64,000 bases of DNA from Cycas panzhihuaensis (GCA_023213395.1 CM041465.1:162943741-163007740), one strand, 5' to 3'. Shown: positions 19,228 to 34,726, counted from the first letter of the stretch. Made by a program: numbers and translations. The notes: a model not told the origin generated them from the letters alone.

Positions 19228-22200
19228 TGTGAGAATAAAAGGCACAAATGTAGTATTAACAGGATCAAGAAATGTAAACGATAACAGGAAATAACCAGAA
19301 GATAACACTGCATAAGTACACGTTGATTGACAGGTGGAAAACCCCTTCTGGGGAAGAAAAACCACCTCCTAAGTTAGATTTGATTAATAAATATCTGAAA
19401 CTACTATACAAAATAACCAACCCCTAAAACAGCCTTTAGTTAGGCATTTGGACAGACCTCCTAGATTCCTGGAACTAACTCCATGAATCTAGAAGATTAA
19501 TCAATAGTACGAAGGTTCGTTGGAATGTGGTTCAGCATTTCAACGACCATCTATAAATTATTAAATTAAACATAAGTTTGTAATATTATAATCATTTAAA
19601 TTATATTTAAGACATGTGACTAAATAATAACATTAAGAAATATAATGAAACATAAAGTTTATATTATATATTCTAACATCCCCCTTTAATGTAAACTTTT
19701 GTACTTGAGAGAAAAGAAGAGCTTCATCACGGTGATCCCCCTTTGATGGATACTTCTTTTATCTGCAATAAATCTCTGGGATTTAAAAACTTTGGTTCAG
19801 TTAATGACTTCGTAAGAATATCAGCAATCTGTAAATCTATGGGATAATAAGGCAGAGAAACAAGATTATCAGTAACTAAATTGTGAATAAAATGTTGATG
19901 TAATTCAATATGTTTAGTTCAAGAATGAGAAACAGGATTAGTAGCTATAGTAATTGCACCTTGATTATCAACTTTAATTTCAATTGAAGAGTTTAAAGTC
20001 AGACCAATTTTATTTAGTAGTGATTTTAGCCAAAGTGCTTCTTTACCAGCTTTGACTAATGCTCGATATTCTGCTTCAGTTGTTGATAACGCTAGTGCTT
20101 GTATTTTTTTGCTAGACCAAGTAATAGGTGAGGAATCAATAAAAAATACATAACTTGAAGTAGATTTACGATCATTTGAATCACCTACCCAATCGGAATC
20201 AGTATATCTAGTTAATGTTAGTGGTTTATTATAAAAGTGATAAGTTAAACTATAAAACACATTATTCTTTAGATAGCATAAGATGCGTTTAGTGGCTTTC
20301 TAGTGAGATTTATGTGGTTGTTGTATATAACGGGAGCATAAAGTAACAGTATAAGAAATGTCAAGGTGGGTGTGAGTAAGATAGATTAGACTACCAATGA
20401 GTTGTTTGTATAGAGTTGGATCACATAACAGAGTTGGACAATCAGCAGATAGTTTAACTCGATCAGAAGGATTGGATACAGGTTTAGCATTTTCCATGTT
20501 AAACCGCTGAATTAAATCGAGAATATACTTAGGTTGATATAGTGTTATATTTGATTGATTTTGATAAACTTATAAACCAAGAAAGTAATGTAATACACCT
20601 AAATCAGTCATTTTGAATTTATTTATTAAAGTTGATTTGAGATGATGAATATTATGGGTTGATGATCCAGTGATAATAATGTCATCAACATAAAGGATTA
20701 GAATGGTAAGATTTTTATTTTCACGTTTAAAATAAAAATTTGAATCACTAATACATCTAGTGTATCCAATGTGGATTAAATAATCATCGACTTTAGTATA
20801 CCAAACTCGAGGAGCTTGTTTTAAACCGTAAATAGATTTTTTAAGTTTGTAAACTAAATTAGGATTTTCAATAAATCCAAGTGACTGTGATATGTAGATC
20901 TCTTCTTTGAGATCACCATTCAAGAAAGCACTATTAACATCTATTTGGTGGATTTCCCAACCAAACTTGGCTGCAAGAGCAATAATTATCTTGATTGTAT
21001 TCATTTTTGCGATAGGGGCAAAGGTTTCATTATAATCAATGCCATTTATTTAAGAAAATCCTTTGACAATAAGGTGAGCTTTATATTTTTCCACTGCGCC
21101 TGTTGAGTTATATTTAGTCCTATAAACCCATTTACAGTCGACGACATTTTTCTCAGGTGTGAGAGGAACTAGATCCCAAGTTAAATTTTTAATTAAGGTA
21201 GCAAATTCAGTCTGCATAGCATCCTACCATACAGGATTGTTGCTAGCTTGTTTAAAAGTTTTGGAATCATTATTTTTGCCATTAAGGTAAAATTTGCATA
21301 TAGTTTTTATACGCATATGTATTTGGAATCGGTAGGATTACCTACATCAGATCCAACATCAGCAAGCGTTTTGGTTGCCCAAATAGGTTGCTTGTGAGTA
21401 ATTGTATCTGAGGTTGCAGATTGATTTGATGTACTAGCTTAAAAGGAATGATCTGTTTCAATGGGTTCATATAGAGTCCAATTTTGGACTTGAGTTGATA
21501 AAGAATCTATAATTTCTGAATCAACTTGTTTATCAGAAGGGTCAACCAAATGAGTGTTGGTTAACAAATCTTCAACAGGAAGTTCTACATAAGTAGATAT
21601 TGAAGTAGATCCTTCTTCATCAAATATTACATCACGCAAAATAGAAATGTTATGCGTGACTAGATCTAAGAGTTTATAAGCTTTGCTCTCTTCGCTGTAT
21701 CCAACAAAGATGTATTTTTGACTTTTTTTGTCTAACTTTTTACGTTTTTCGTGAGGGATATGTCACCACGCGATACTGCCAAAGATTCGTAAATGATTGA
21801 CAGATGGTTTTCTTCCAGACCATTTTTGTTCTGGAGTAATATTCTGTAGACATTTACTAGGTAAATGATTTAATAAATAATTAGAGTAATTAATTGCTTC
21901 TACCCATAATTTTAAATCGAAATTCTTTGCATGTAACATGTAATGAGTCATTTCAACAAGAGTACAATTTTTATGTTTAGCAACATTATTTTATTGAGGC
22001 GTGTAAGCAACATAATGTTAGAATCGAATTCTATGTAATTTGCAGAAGGAAGTGAATTTTCCACTTAAATATTCCTTAGCATTATCAGATCGGAATATTT
22101 TGATTCTTGAATTTGATTGATTTTTTACTAACGTTTTATATTCAACGAAAATGTCAAACATTTGACTGTATGTTTTGAGCATATAAACCCAACATTTTCT

Positions 22201-25200
22201 TGAATAATCATCTATGAATATAACGAAATAACAAGAACATGAGTATGATGGTACATGAAAGGGTCCACATATGTCAGAGTGGACAAGTTCGAGTGGAGCA
22301 GTTACTCGGTATTGAGTTTTGTGTGGAAATGGATCCATGTGTTGTTTGCCTATCACACAGGCTTCACAAACACCATAAATAGTGTTTAGGTGGGGTAAAT
22401 CATGGGCCATTTCATACTTAAATAAATATTGTAATTTGCCATAACTGGTATGGCCAAATCTTGCATGCCAAAGTTTGCTGACTGAGTTAGATTTAGCAAT
22501 GAAGGCACTAAAAGATTTTGATTTATTATTTTGAAGACTGGTTAGACTATAGAGACATGTGTTATGATCAACAGGTCCTGAGGCAATACGTTTGAATTTC
22601 TGTAATGGATCCTTAATGACAAATTTAATTTTCTAGAATTCGACGACAAGGTCTTTCTGACAGATTTGATAGACTGAAAGTAGGTTTGGTAACAAACCAA
22701 GTACGTAAAAAACGTCCTTGATTGAACCATCTTTTAGGGTAACATCACTAGATCCTTTGACTTTAAGTTGATTACCACTTTCGAAAGAAATCTCTTCTTC
22801 AGAGTTCGTTTCAGATTGATAAGTGGCTAAATTTTTCTGGTGTCCAGTCATATGATGGGACACACCAGAGTCGAGGATCCATTATGGTGGTTGATTTGAA
22901 GGAGCAACAAATGAAAAAGTTATTGCTGCTAAAGAACGATTACGAAATTGACAGTTTTATGGTTGTGATTGTGAATGGGATTGAAAATGGGATTGAGAAT
23001 GGGATTGTGGTTTATTTTACAATCCCTTGAAAGCTTTCCATGCTTTCGAAACTATTATGCTTCTACAGACATCAATAGTATGGCCTCTTTTATGACAGTA
23101 GGCACAACTAGTGTTCTGAGAAGAAGTAGCGTTGTTCTTATTAGAAAAGAATTAATTAGAAGTATTATGGTTTTTAGTTGGACTAGAATGTTTAACATTA
23201 TTTTGTAAATTAGACGATGAACCTCGATGAAGTTTCTAGAATTTTTTATTATTATAAAAATTGTTGTTCTGTTATTTATTTTTAAATTTTGGCTTTGTTT
23301 TAGAAAATAAAGCCTGTGAAGGATCTTTTAATGTACCTAATTGAATTAACATTGTCTGATATTCAATTAGTTGATTAGTCAACTGATTGAATGTGATAGG
23401 TGGGTTGCCAGCTTGTTGTCTGACAGTTTTGATATATTAAAGTGCATTGGTAGTTTGTTTACTGCAAGACGTACGAGCGTGTCATCGTCTCTAACATGCA
23501 TGGTTATTTTTTCTACATCATCTTCTTTGGTTTTAGATTTGATGCAGTTATCTAGATCTTTATTAATTGATTGAATTTTAGTTAAAAAATCCTCAACATT
23601 TGAAAAGTCGTCAAAAGTCAAATTATACAATTACTGTTCGAGGACAGCCACTTGATGTATATCAACCTTGCCATATTTTTCTTCCAAGGTTTTCCAGACA
23701 TTGACTAAGTCAACTTTTTCAGAAAATTGCCGACTGATTTCTAGTGAGAGTGAGTCTAATATGGTGCCTAACGCGGCATCTGAGTTCATCAGATATACCA
23801 TAAGACTCTCAGTAGCATCTGCTTTTGGTTTTTGAAATTCACCTATCACATATCGCCATACTTTTTGCTATTTGAGCTGATGAGATATGTGATTCCTCCA
23901 GTCGGCATAGTTTAAGCCGGTTAATACTGGAATTGGAACGCAGGTGACCGTCCCTAGCATTAATGCCATATTGGGAGTGTTGAGGTTTAATTATAGATTG
24001 AAGAGTTATGAAGGTAACTAAAAAAATAATTACCTAGTAAAAGTACTAATCTTGTTAACAGATATAATTCACAAAGACATCTAAGTATGTATTAATTGAA
24101 TTTAAGATAAAAAGAATCATGTGTTTTTAAACATATGAATAAACAAATAACTTCTTAAAAACATTGCTTTAAACAGTCCCTTTTTATAAACAGTTCTTTT
24201 AGAGAAATAATCCCCTTTTGATAAATTGTTTAGTTTCCCTTATTCTAAAACAAGTGAATAGTCCCTATTTGATTAAAACAATTCTTAAAAGAAAGTTATA
24301 TGTTCTTAAGCAAACAGTCCCCCTTGACTTGAAAAATAATCAGTCCCCTTTTTTATAGAAATAAACTATCCCCTTTCAAAAATTTAAAAATCCCCCTTAG
24401 AAAAATAAATAATTCCCCTTAACAAAGTAAGCGTTTTAAAAAATAAATAAATAAATAAAAATTGTAACTAAGGTATTTAATTTCCCTTTTTATTTTAAGA
24501 AATAGATGTATAATTTTAAGGATTAAATGGCATAATTCAAATCTATAAATTAAGTGTTGGGGAGAAATAGTAATAAATGTAAAACGAGTATAATAAAAGG
24601 AATAAATTTTATTAAATATAATAGGTAAAAGGTTAATTTTAATTTTCCTAAAATTAACTATGTTAATTTGAAATAATTTATAACATTAAAATATAGTTAA
24701 GTTTAATCATTAAAATGTACTTAAAAAAAGGTGTATTGATTAAGGGAAGAGCTTGTCTAATATAATGACAAATAAATGAAAGTTAAAAGTACTCTATATC
24801 AAGGTAAAGGTTAGGGAAGAAATTTCTTAATCAAAAACTTATTTGATTAAAGTCTTTAACGTAGTTTATATATTATGAAAAAATGAATTGATAAAATGTG
24901 GATGTTTGATTAAATCAAAACATTTGTTAAAAAAAAGGGGGAGGGGGGGGGGGGTTAAGTTTTAATTAAATTAGAGTAATATAAGGAGGGTTGAATTTGA
25001 TTTTATCTAAATCAAAATGGTTTTATTAATGTATAATAAAAAAGGGGGTTTTTTATTTAATTTAAATCAAAGTATTATGAAGGGGGGGTAAGGTTTGATT
25101 TAAATTAAAATTAAAAAAAAAAAAAGGAAAAAACAAAAAAACTAACATAAATCATGGGCGGACCCAATGGAATATTAGGTTTTAAAAAATAAAATCAAAA

Positions 25201-26771
25201 TGGAAATAATATTGGGGTCCAGGGGGGAAAAGGTAGAAACCCTACCTCATTTTCCTAATGGCGACAAACTTTTACTTGCAAGTTTTCGAGGAGGCGACGA
25301 CAGTGAGGGCGTATTGTTTCTGCAGGTCAATCGAGGATGATGGTTGACCAATTTAGCAGACAGCGATGCTAGTGATGGCAATCTTTGTATGCAAGTCTTC
25401 AAGGCTTCGTGGATGAATGCAAGCTTCGAGGGTTTCCTTAACGGCTCTGCATCAGCTTTGGATTGCTCCTCAATAGCTCTGCATTAGCTCCTCAACAACT
25501 CTGCACCGGCTCTCTGTACAGTGCGTCATGGCAGCTTCTTCAAGCGATCAATCTTTCTTTGGCATTTCTACTATCCAAAGAATGGAGGCTTGCGACTCGA
25601 CGGAGGCTGCTTCTTTTTCATGTAGATGCTCCTCGCGGGTAGGACTTCGGGCGCTTCACCAAATTAGGTAGTTTGAAGTAGATGGCCTTGTGAAGTTCCA
25701 GTTACACCCAAGTATCTACAATCTATCATTCAGACTACAGCTTGGAAAGTTTTCTAGAAGATTGGGTCGTCGGATTTATGTTTTTGAACATATTCACAGA
25801 TGGGGTTTAAAACCTGTGAAGTTCTCTCTTTCTTCATCAGTAGCTCCTCTTATCTCTTCCAACTTTATTTCTCACAGTTCCCCTTTCTGTGTAGGCTGTC
25901 ATTGCGAGTCCCTACGGTTGTATGGTAGATCCTAACGTCTCCTCCGATTTTACGAGTTTGCATAGTAGTTGAAGGGTTTGACGCTCTACTCCAGATGTCT
26001 TTTGTATAAGCCCAAGCAAGAACGACTTATATCATGCAGGGATCCACTGTGTGTGGATGTATCTTTTAATTTTGAGCCCAGTCTTGGCTCTTGAAAAAAA
26101 AAAAAATTCTAGCAGATTCTTATGTCTGCAATGTTGATGTCTTTTTCCTCTTTTTCCTCTTACTTCAAGTTTCTGAACCTGCTCTGTTTTGTACAGTCCA
26201 TCTGTTATTGCAATCAATATGAGCCCAATTAAATATAGGCATATGCTTTTTATTCCTCTAGTACTTGACTGCTTGCCTCAAAGCATTAACCATGATAGTT
26301 TTATTTTATCTCTGTATTTTGCTCTGATACCATGTGAGAATAAAAGGCACAAATGCAGCATTAACAGGATCAAAAAATGTAAATGATAACAGAAAATAAC
26401 CAGAAGATAACACTGCATAAGTATGCGTTGATTGACAGGTGGAAAACCCCTTCTGGGGAAGAAAAACCACCTCCTAAGTTAGATTTTATTAATAAATATC
26501 TGAAACTACTATACAAAACAACTAACCCCTAAAACAGCTTTTAATCAGGCATTTGGATAGACCCCCTAGATTCCTAGAACCAACTCCATGAATCTAGGAG
26601 ATTAATAAATAGTACGAATGCGATTCTGCATTTCAACGACCATCCACAAATTATTAAATTAAACATAAGTTTGTAACATTATAATCACTTAAATTATATT
26701 TAAAACATGTGACTAAATAATAACATTAAGAAACATAATGAAACATAAAGTTTACATTATATATTCTAACA
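19228..26771 (-). mobile_element. Full-length Ty1/copia LTR retrotransposon with stops in gag-pol
   Basis: LTRs 19228-19678 and 26333-26771 (TGTGAGAATAAAAGGC...TTCTAACA), TSD CATAA, PBS revcomp TGGTATCAGAGC at 26321-26332, PPT at 19679-19689. Domain order gag-PR-INT-RT-RH. Confidence 0.97.
19700..23969 (-). pseudogene. Copia gag-pol polyprotein, disrupted
   Basis: Protease WILDSGVSHHM (~22860); integrase LELVHSDICGP...FIDDYSRKCWVY; RT QIDVNSAFLNG, LKKSIYGLKQAPRVW, LYVDD; RNase H YTDSDWVGD...STTEAEY. Confidence 0.95.
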
Positions 26772-27820
26772 CATAAATAGGCTAATATTACAATATACTC
26801 CACACACTAATTACTAATACATAAATTTATCATATTACATTATTACATCAATGATGTTACATGCATGTGGTGGTGTATGTACATGTTAATGTAATTATAT
26901 CTCTATATACAACATATTTCCAAATCAGTGTCTAATGTGTGTGCGTGTGTGTGTGTATGTGTGTGTGTGGATACACACATATGAATACATCTATAGTCAA
27001 TAATTACTACAATTGTATTTTCTTTTTTAACTTCTTATAGGAATCTTTTGGTGGAGACTTCATAGTCATTGATGTTTATAAAATATGAACATTAATAAAC
27101 AATGTGTCATATGATATTTAAAGGTATCATTTTTTTATGTTGAAACACCTCTATATGCCTCTACATAAAACATTACATGTATCGGCACCGTCTTGGCAAC
27201 ACAATTTTCCATGAACAACACATGTATGAATTCCTAAAGGGAAAGATACACAAAAAAGGTGTAATATAGAATTAGTCACATAAAAATATATATTATGGTA
27301 TAACCTTTTCCTTTTGCTCAATATGCATCATCTAACTAATGCACTCGTTTGGTTATATGTTTTTATGCCAAGGTAAACATTCATTGAAAATTTGAAGGTA
27401 AACATAAGGAGCTTACATGGCAAAAGAAGTACTACATGAGAATTTTTGCTAATGACGTAGTAATCTGTAATATGCCTATCTTAGAGGAGATCAAGGTCAT
27501 AAATAAGAGTCTAAAATTATCTCATTAACTTAAGGGGCAGTGATCAAACAATGCAAAATGTATATTACATATCAATGTGAGAATTCAGCATAAATATAAA
27601 AATCTAAAATTATTAGAGATACCAAAATTTTTTAGTTAGGTCGAAAAGAGGACAACAAAACCACATACATTATGAAAATAACCAATAAATGTAAATACAC
27701 ATATACATATATAAATGTAGAGTAATCATCTCGATGTATTAATTGAATGTCTAAAGTGCAAAACATATTTCACCATGCACAAGTGTATAGATATAAAGCA
27801 TTGATTTATTTTTGGATTAA

Positions 27821-30800
27821 TCATATGTTATTTCACCTTATAGGACGATCTATGAAAAGTCTTATGTATTCAATTTTAAAATTTTAACTACCTTAATTTT
27901 TATAAAAACTTATCTATCTAGTCTGAAAATTTAAGTTATTTCATTTCAATAAAGCCCATCTCTAATAGTATTGTTTGAGGCGCTTAAACATGTTATTTCC
28001 ATTGTAAAGTTATTCTCATCTTATTTGTTAAATCAATTATATATTTTCATCTCATATGAATAGTCAAGTAGATTGATTTAAGTATAACTATTGTAAGAGT
28101 TCAAACTTTATATGATATAGGTTGTAAGAGTTTGAAGCTTACAGAATAATCTCATATTTTTATTATTCATTAATGTAATCAACATCTTATACAAATTATT
28201 GTTTTAAATCTTTAATTTCATTCTAATCTTAAATGTCTTTTCCTTTTCTATTACTAAAATAAAAACTACGAAAAAATATATATAGCAATTATATGTATAC
28301 TTAGGTTGCTATACTTCAAGATGTGGTATTTTAAATGTAATTTGTGTTCTTTAAGGATTGCCCATGATATTCGGTCAAAAAATTATGAAATATCATTTTT
28401 GCAACTTTTTATTTTAAATGAATATTAATAGAAAGGCAATGATAACTATCAACAAAGTCTAGTTTTGCCAGTAAAAGGTATCCATTGAATTTCAACTCTA
28501 TGCATAACTCCCATGTGACAAGGTATTGGAAAGCACTCAACTTCCAACATGATTACTAGACACTTATCATTTATGATATATAAGGGCCATCCAACTTCCC
28601 TATCTGTCACTTTGACCATTGACTAGTCACACTACTTCATTCCATATGACCATTACCATTTATGATATATAGGGGCCATCCAACTTCCTTATTTGTCACT
28701 TTGACCATTAACTAGTCACATTACTTCATTCCATGTCTGTGATGTTTGCACCACTAGAGTTTTAGAGGTTCAAATGATCAATGGCACTACCCCATGGCAA
28801 TTTGCAACATATTTTACTATTACATTATGCCAACCAAAATGTCAAATCAATCATAAGGGCATGATCACCCACTGGCTACGATGATTTTCAGATATTTAGG
28901 ATTAAAGTATATCAACTCTTTTGTGTCTGTTATGTATAAAGAGTAGGGTTTTCATTCTAATTGTGCATACAAAATAGAGTCCAAATGTCTAATGCACCCA
29001 TTAATTATTGCTTTATAATATAAATTCCATAAATAGCTAATATTCCCTTGTATGCATATAAACAATGTCCTTGATAAAAAGTAGACACAATCTAGAGCTT
29101 ATTACATGGTCAACATAATAAAGGTTTAAATATTACAATCACATGTCATTTCAACTTATAGGACGATTCTATGAAAAGTCTTATGTATTTAATTTTAAAA
29201 TTTCAACTACTTTAATTTTTATAAAAAGACTTATCTATCTAGTCTTAAAATTTAAGTTATTTCATTTCAATAAAGCTCATCTTTAATAGTATTGTTGAGG
29301 GGCTTAGACATGTTATTTTCATTTTAAAGTTATTCACATCTTATTTGTTAAATCAATTATATATTTTCATCTCATATGAATAGTCAAGTAGATTGACCGA
29401 GTAGAACTACTGTAAGAGTTCAAACTTTATACGATATAGGTTGTAAGAGTTTGAGGCTTACAGAATAATCTCACTTTTTTATTATTCATTGATGTAATCA
29501 ACATCTCATACAAATTATTATTTTAAATCTTTAATTTCATTCTAATCTAAAATGGTTTTTTGTCTTTTCTATTACTAAAATGAAAACTATGAAAAAATAT
29601 ATATATCAATTATGTATACTTAGGTTGCTATACTTCAAGATGCAATATTTTAAATGTAATTTGTGTTCTTTAAGGACTAGCCATGATAATCGATCAAAAA
29701 ATTATAAAATGTCATTTTTACAACTTTTTCTTTTAAATGAATATTAATAGAAACGCAATTATAAGTTTTAAACTATTAACAAAGTTTAGTTTTACTAGTA
29801 AAAGGTGTCCATTGAATTTCAACTCTATGCACAACTCCCTTGTGACAAGGTATTGGAAAGCACTCAAGTTCCAACATGATTCCTAGCCACTTACCATTTA
29901 TGACATATAGGGGCCATCAAACTTTCCCATTTGCCACTTTGACCATTAACTGGTCACACTACTTCATTCCATGTGACCATTACCATTTATGATATATAAG
30001 GGCCATCCAACTTGCTTATCTATCACTTTGACCATTAACTAGTCATACTACTTCATTCCATGTCCGTGGCATTTGCGCTGCTAAACATTTAAAGGTTCAA
30101 ATGATCAATGGCATTATCCCATCGCAATTTGCAATATATTTTACTGCTACATAATGCCAGCCAAAATGTCAAACCAATCATAGAGGCGTGATGACCCACT
30201 AGCTACCATGATTTTCACATGTTTAGGATAAAAGTAACTCTTTTGTGCCTATTTTATGTAAAGAGTGGGTTTCTCATCCTAATTGTGCATACAAAATAGA
30301 GTCCAAATGTCTAATGCACCCATTAATTATTGCCTTATAGTATAAATTCTATAAATACTTAATATTCCTTTGTATGTGTATCAATAATGTCCTTGATAAA
30401 AAGTACACACAAACTAAAGCTTACTACATGGTCCACATGGTCAACATAATAAAGGTTTAAATATTACAATCATATGTTATTTCAACTTATAGGATGATTC
30501 TATAAAAGGTCTTATGTATTCAATTTTAAGATTTCAACTACTTTAATTTTTATAGAAAACTTGTCAATCTAGCCTTAAAATTTAAGTTATTTCATTTCAA
30601 TAAAGCCCATCTTTAATAGTATTGTTGAGGGGCTTAAACATGTTATTTTCATTTTAAAGTTATTCTCATCTTATTTGTTAAATCAATTATATATTTTCAT
30701 CTCATATGAATAGTCAAGTAAACTGACTGAGTAGAACTATTGTAAGAGTTCAAACTTTATACAATATAGGTTGTAAGAGTATGAAGCTTACATAATAATC

Positions 30801-31786
30801 TCATTTTTTTATTATTCATTGATGTAATCAACATCTCATACAAATTATTGTTTTAAATCTTTAATTTCATTCTCTTAATGGGTTTTTCCTTTTCTATTAC
30901 TAAAATGAAAACTATGAAAAAATATATAGAACAATTATGTGTATACTTAGGTTGCCATACTTTAAGATGCAATATTTTAAATGTAATTCGTGTTCTTTAA
31001 GGATTATCCATAATAATCGATTAAAAAAATTATGAAATATCATTTTTACAATTTTTTTTAAAATATTAATAGAAAGGCAATGATAAGTTTTAAACTACCA
31101 TCAAAGTTTAGTTTTACTAGTAAAAGGTGTCCATTGAATTTCAACTCTATGCACAACTCCCTTGTGACAAGGTATTAGAAAGCACTTAATTTCCAACATG
31201 ATTCCTAGCCACTTACCATTAATGATATATAGGGGCCATCCAACTTCCCTATCTGTCACTTTGACCATTAACTAGTCACACTACTTCATTCCATGTGACC
31301 ATTACCATTTATGATATATAAGGGCCATCCAACTTCCTTCTCTAACACTTTGACCATTAACTAGTCACACTACTTCATTCCATGTCCGTGATGTTTGCAT
31401 CACTAAAGTTTTAAAGGTTTAAATGATCAATGGCACTATCCCATGGCAATTTGCAACATATTTTACTAGTACATGATGCCAGCCAAAATGTCAAACCAAT
31501 CATAGGGGCATGATCACCTACAAGCTGCTATGATTTTCACATATTTAGGAAAAGATTATCTCAACTCTTTTGTGCCTGTTGTGTATAAAGAGTGGGTTTT
31601 TCATCCTAATTGTGAATACAAAATATAGTCCAAATGTCTAATGCACCCCTTAATTATTGTTTTATAGTATAAATTCTGTAAATAGCTAATATTCCATTGT
31701 ATGAGTATCAACAATGTCCTTGATAAAAGGTAGACACAAAGTAGAGCTTACTACATGGACCACATAATAAAGGTTTACATATTACA
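27821..31786. repeat. Tandem array of three ~1.32-kb units, each with an internal ~89-bp duplication
   Basis: Units start at ~27821, ~29139 and ~30470 (TCAYATGTYATTTCAMCTTATAGGA). The internal repeat CATTTATGATATATARGGGCCATC occurs twice per unit. Confidence 0.96.
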
Positions 31787-34340
31787 AACTTTTAGCATAA
31801 GATTGTTTCATTATTGTTTCCTCTCAAATTGAGCCATCTATAGGCATCAGATACAAATAATGAAAATGTAAGTTTCTAAAGTATAGATTAATCATAATGG
31901 TCAGAAGACCTATCCAAAAACATATCTCAAAGATGCGACATGCATCTCTCCTATCAATAAGTGATCACAATGGAGAATGTCCTAAGCAAATGTTCCCCTA
32001 TATTCAAATACACAAAAAACAGATGGGATTTCTTAGAACCTAGAGGTAGTGTTACTCAAAAACTGTGTATGCTTTAAAGATAACATTTACCAAAATATAG
32101 AATAAATTTACACAAATACCAAAGCCAACTATCATTTCCCATTTTTAAAGCTAATTACAACTATTTCAATTATGCAATCATAACTCTTGGCATCCACCTG
32201 ACATGGTTCTATAATGCACAAAATAACTATAGAAGGTCACAAGAGATTGTAAAGGAAATTGTTGGAGCTACAATCCTCATACAAATGCAGCCACCATCAC
32301 CCGAAGCAAAATGAAGAGATGCCTGATGACATTACCATCTACCATCATGTTGCAACTACCACAATGAAAATAATAACTAAGATTTTGTGCTTTTATATAT
32401 GCCAATACATGCTTGTGGCAAATGATTGGCACAACCACATCTCCATTGTATAGGTAGAAAGACAGGCTAATAAATAATAAATAATACTAATGCATACTAT
32501 ATAATAGTCTAGAAGTGTTGATAAACACTCTTAATTTTGATATGGGCAATGGCCATTAAAAACGTAATTTCACCGAAAGACAACAAATTATGCATCTATG
32601 CATAAACAACTCTACACACCATCGAAGGATCTTCAAACATTTTTCTCCATCTACCAATGCACGTTGGAATTTTCCCCTTGTTTTTCTTCCTTGATGCAGA
32701 GATTATGTATTTAATGCACGTTAGAGTTTCCCCCTTCTTATTACCCTTAAACTTCACCCAATTGTTTTTACCTTTCCACATGGATTGCATGTAGAAATTC
32801 ATGATGATTTTTGTGAAATTTTTTGTTTTTCTTTTTCCCTTTTTTTTTCCTATTTTTGTTTACAATTACTCCCACTGCATGCCATGGAGTAAATGGTCAA
32901 GGGCAAAGTTAGTTGAAAGTGCCTATCAACAACAAAATACATGTATACACACATACAATGATTTTAATAATGAAGGTTAAGATTATTATTATTATTATTA
33001 TTCAATTCCTTTTTTAAGAGTGAATAGGCAAATATTTTAGATGCTTTTGCCTCTATACTCATATGCTCTCCTAAATTGATAAATCATATGCGCCTTCAAT
33101 AAATAATATATAAATCAAGAATGTTATTAATTTTGCACATATAAATATGTGTGTCGATGTGTTTATTGTGCCACATGTATACGTGTGCTGTATATATATA
33201 TATATATAAAACTATGACTACAACATCTGAATATATAAGTCTATTATTTCATATATTGATATATTTTACTAATAAAATCAAGGGATAAAGGGAATAGAAT
33301 AACATTGCAAGAAGAAAACCATCAATCTCGTGAAGATGGTAGTGTTAATGAACATCAAGGTCTTCATACCCCATGAATAAATATGTGAGTGAGAGTGATT
33401 TAGCACACCCTTCAAAGTCAGTACTCGCATTAACAAATGCGAGATATGATGCCGCTAAGATCTGACATAATGCGACTAAGATTTGACATAGTGTCGCCAC
33501 AATATCTCCACGATCTAGGTTATCACCCCAATGCAGATAATCTCCCCGAGGTGGATATGAGCCCCAATATGGGCATTATTCCAAGATTTCTCCCCCATAA
33601 TGTTCATTTAAGAATTCAAGTTTCTCTCTAAATTTGATAGAGTTTATTAAACTAAGTGCATTTGTGAATATGTCTACCACTTGTTCTTTAGTGCTATAAT
33701 AAACCAATTTCAATTCACCTTACTATATTAACTCTCTAATAAAGTGATATGTTTTAATGTGTTTTATCCTGCCATGAAACACCAAATTCCTAGTTATCTA
33801 AATAACACTTTGATTATTACAAAGCAACTGAGTGAGACCAACATGTTCTTCTTGTAAATCTTGAAGTAATCTTCTAAGCCATACTATTTTATATGCTTAC
33901 TTTTTAGAAAATAAGCATGCAAAGCTCTATACCATGTTAGAAAAATAATATGATATGCATGCAATAAACAAACTAAGATAGTGAGTTAATGATACAATAA
34001 TGAATCACAAAGAAAATGAAATATATACAAATGAACACAAAATATAGAGAAATGGTCAAAACTCAAATTAGAATGAATGATAATGTATATACTTATAGTA
34101 TAAGTTCACCATCAATAAAAGAACCTCATAGATCAATCTTAGAGGTAACACATATATCTATGTGGCTCGTAACCTTAAATATAAAATACACATAAAGAGA
34201 GTGTATATATGAGTGATTATATAATTGAGTATTACATCCAAAATTTTTCCCATGTAATAGCCAATTAAATAATGAAATATCACATCAAATGATAAATACC
34301 AAGTCTTTAAATAAATATTGGATAAGTTGCTACAATAATA

Positions 34341-34726
34341 TAATCAACTCATGATGTCCATATAAATAGAACACCATCCACCGGACCACATGGATAACCA
34401 ACAATTGTGATCGCCAATTAACTAGAATGTTCTTTTACATGCGTAGTTCAATTAACGCAAGCAAGAATAGTTGTAAAGGAGTCCCACCTCTTGCTTAAAT
34501 GAGATAATGTAATCAGTCTTCAAATAAGTTGGATCATAATCTGTTGTAATAATAAAATCAACTACTAATATCTATATGAAGAGAACATCATCCACCAAAC
34601 CACATGAGTAACTGGCCATTATGACCACTAGTTAACTAGGATGTTCCTTTGCATATATAATTCAATCAATGCCAAAAAGAGTAGTTGTAAAAGAGGCCCA
34701 CATTTTACTTAAATAAAAAATGCAAA
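34341..34726. repeat. Diverged tandem duplication (~215-bp period), possibly small LTR remnants
   Basis: AATCAACT...GAACAYCATCCACC...TAGTTGTAAA...CTTAAAT occurs twice. AAACA followed by TCCCCTCTTT (LTR end + PPT-like) lies at ~34771-34785. Confidence 0.7.
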
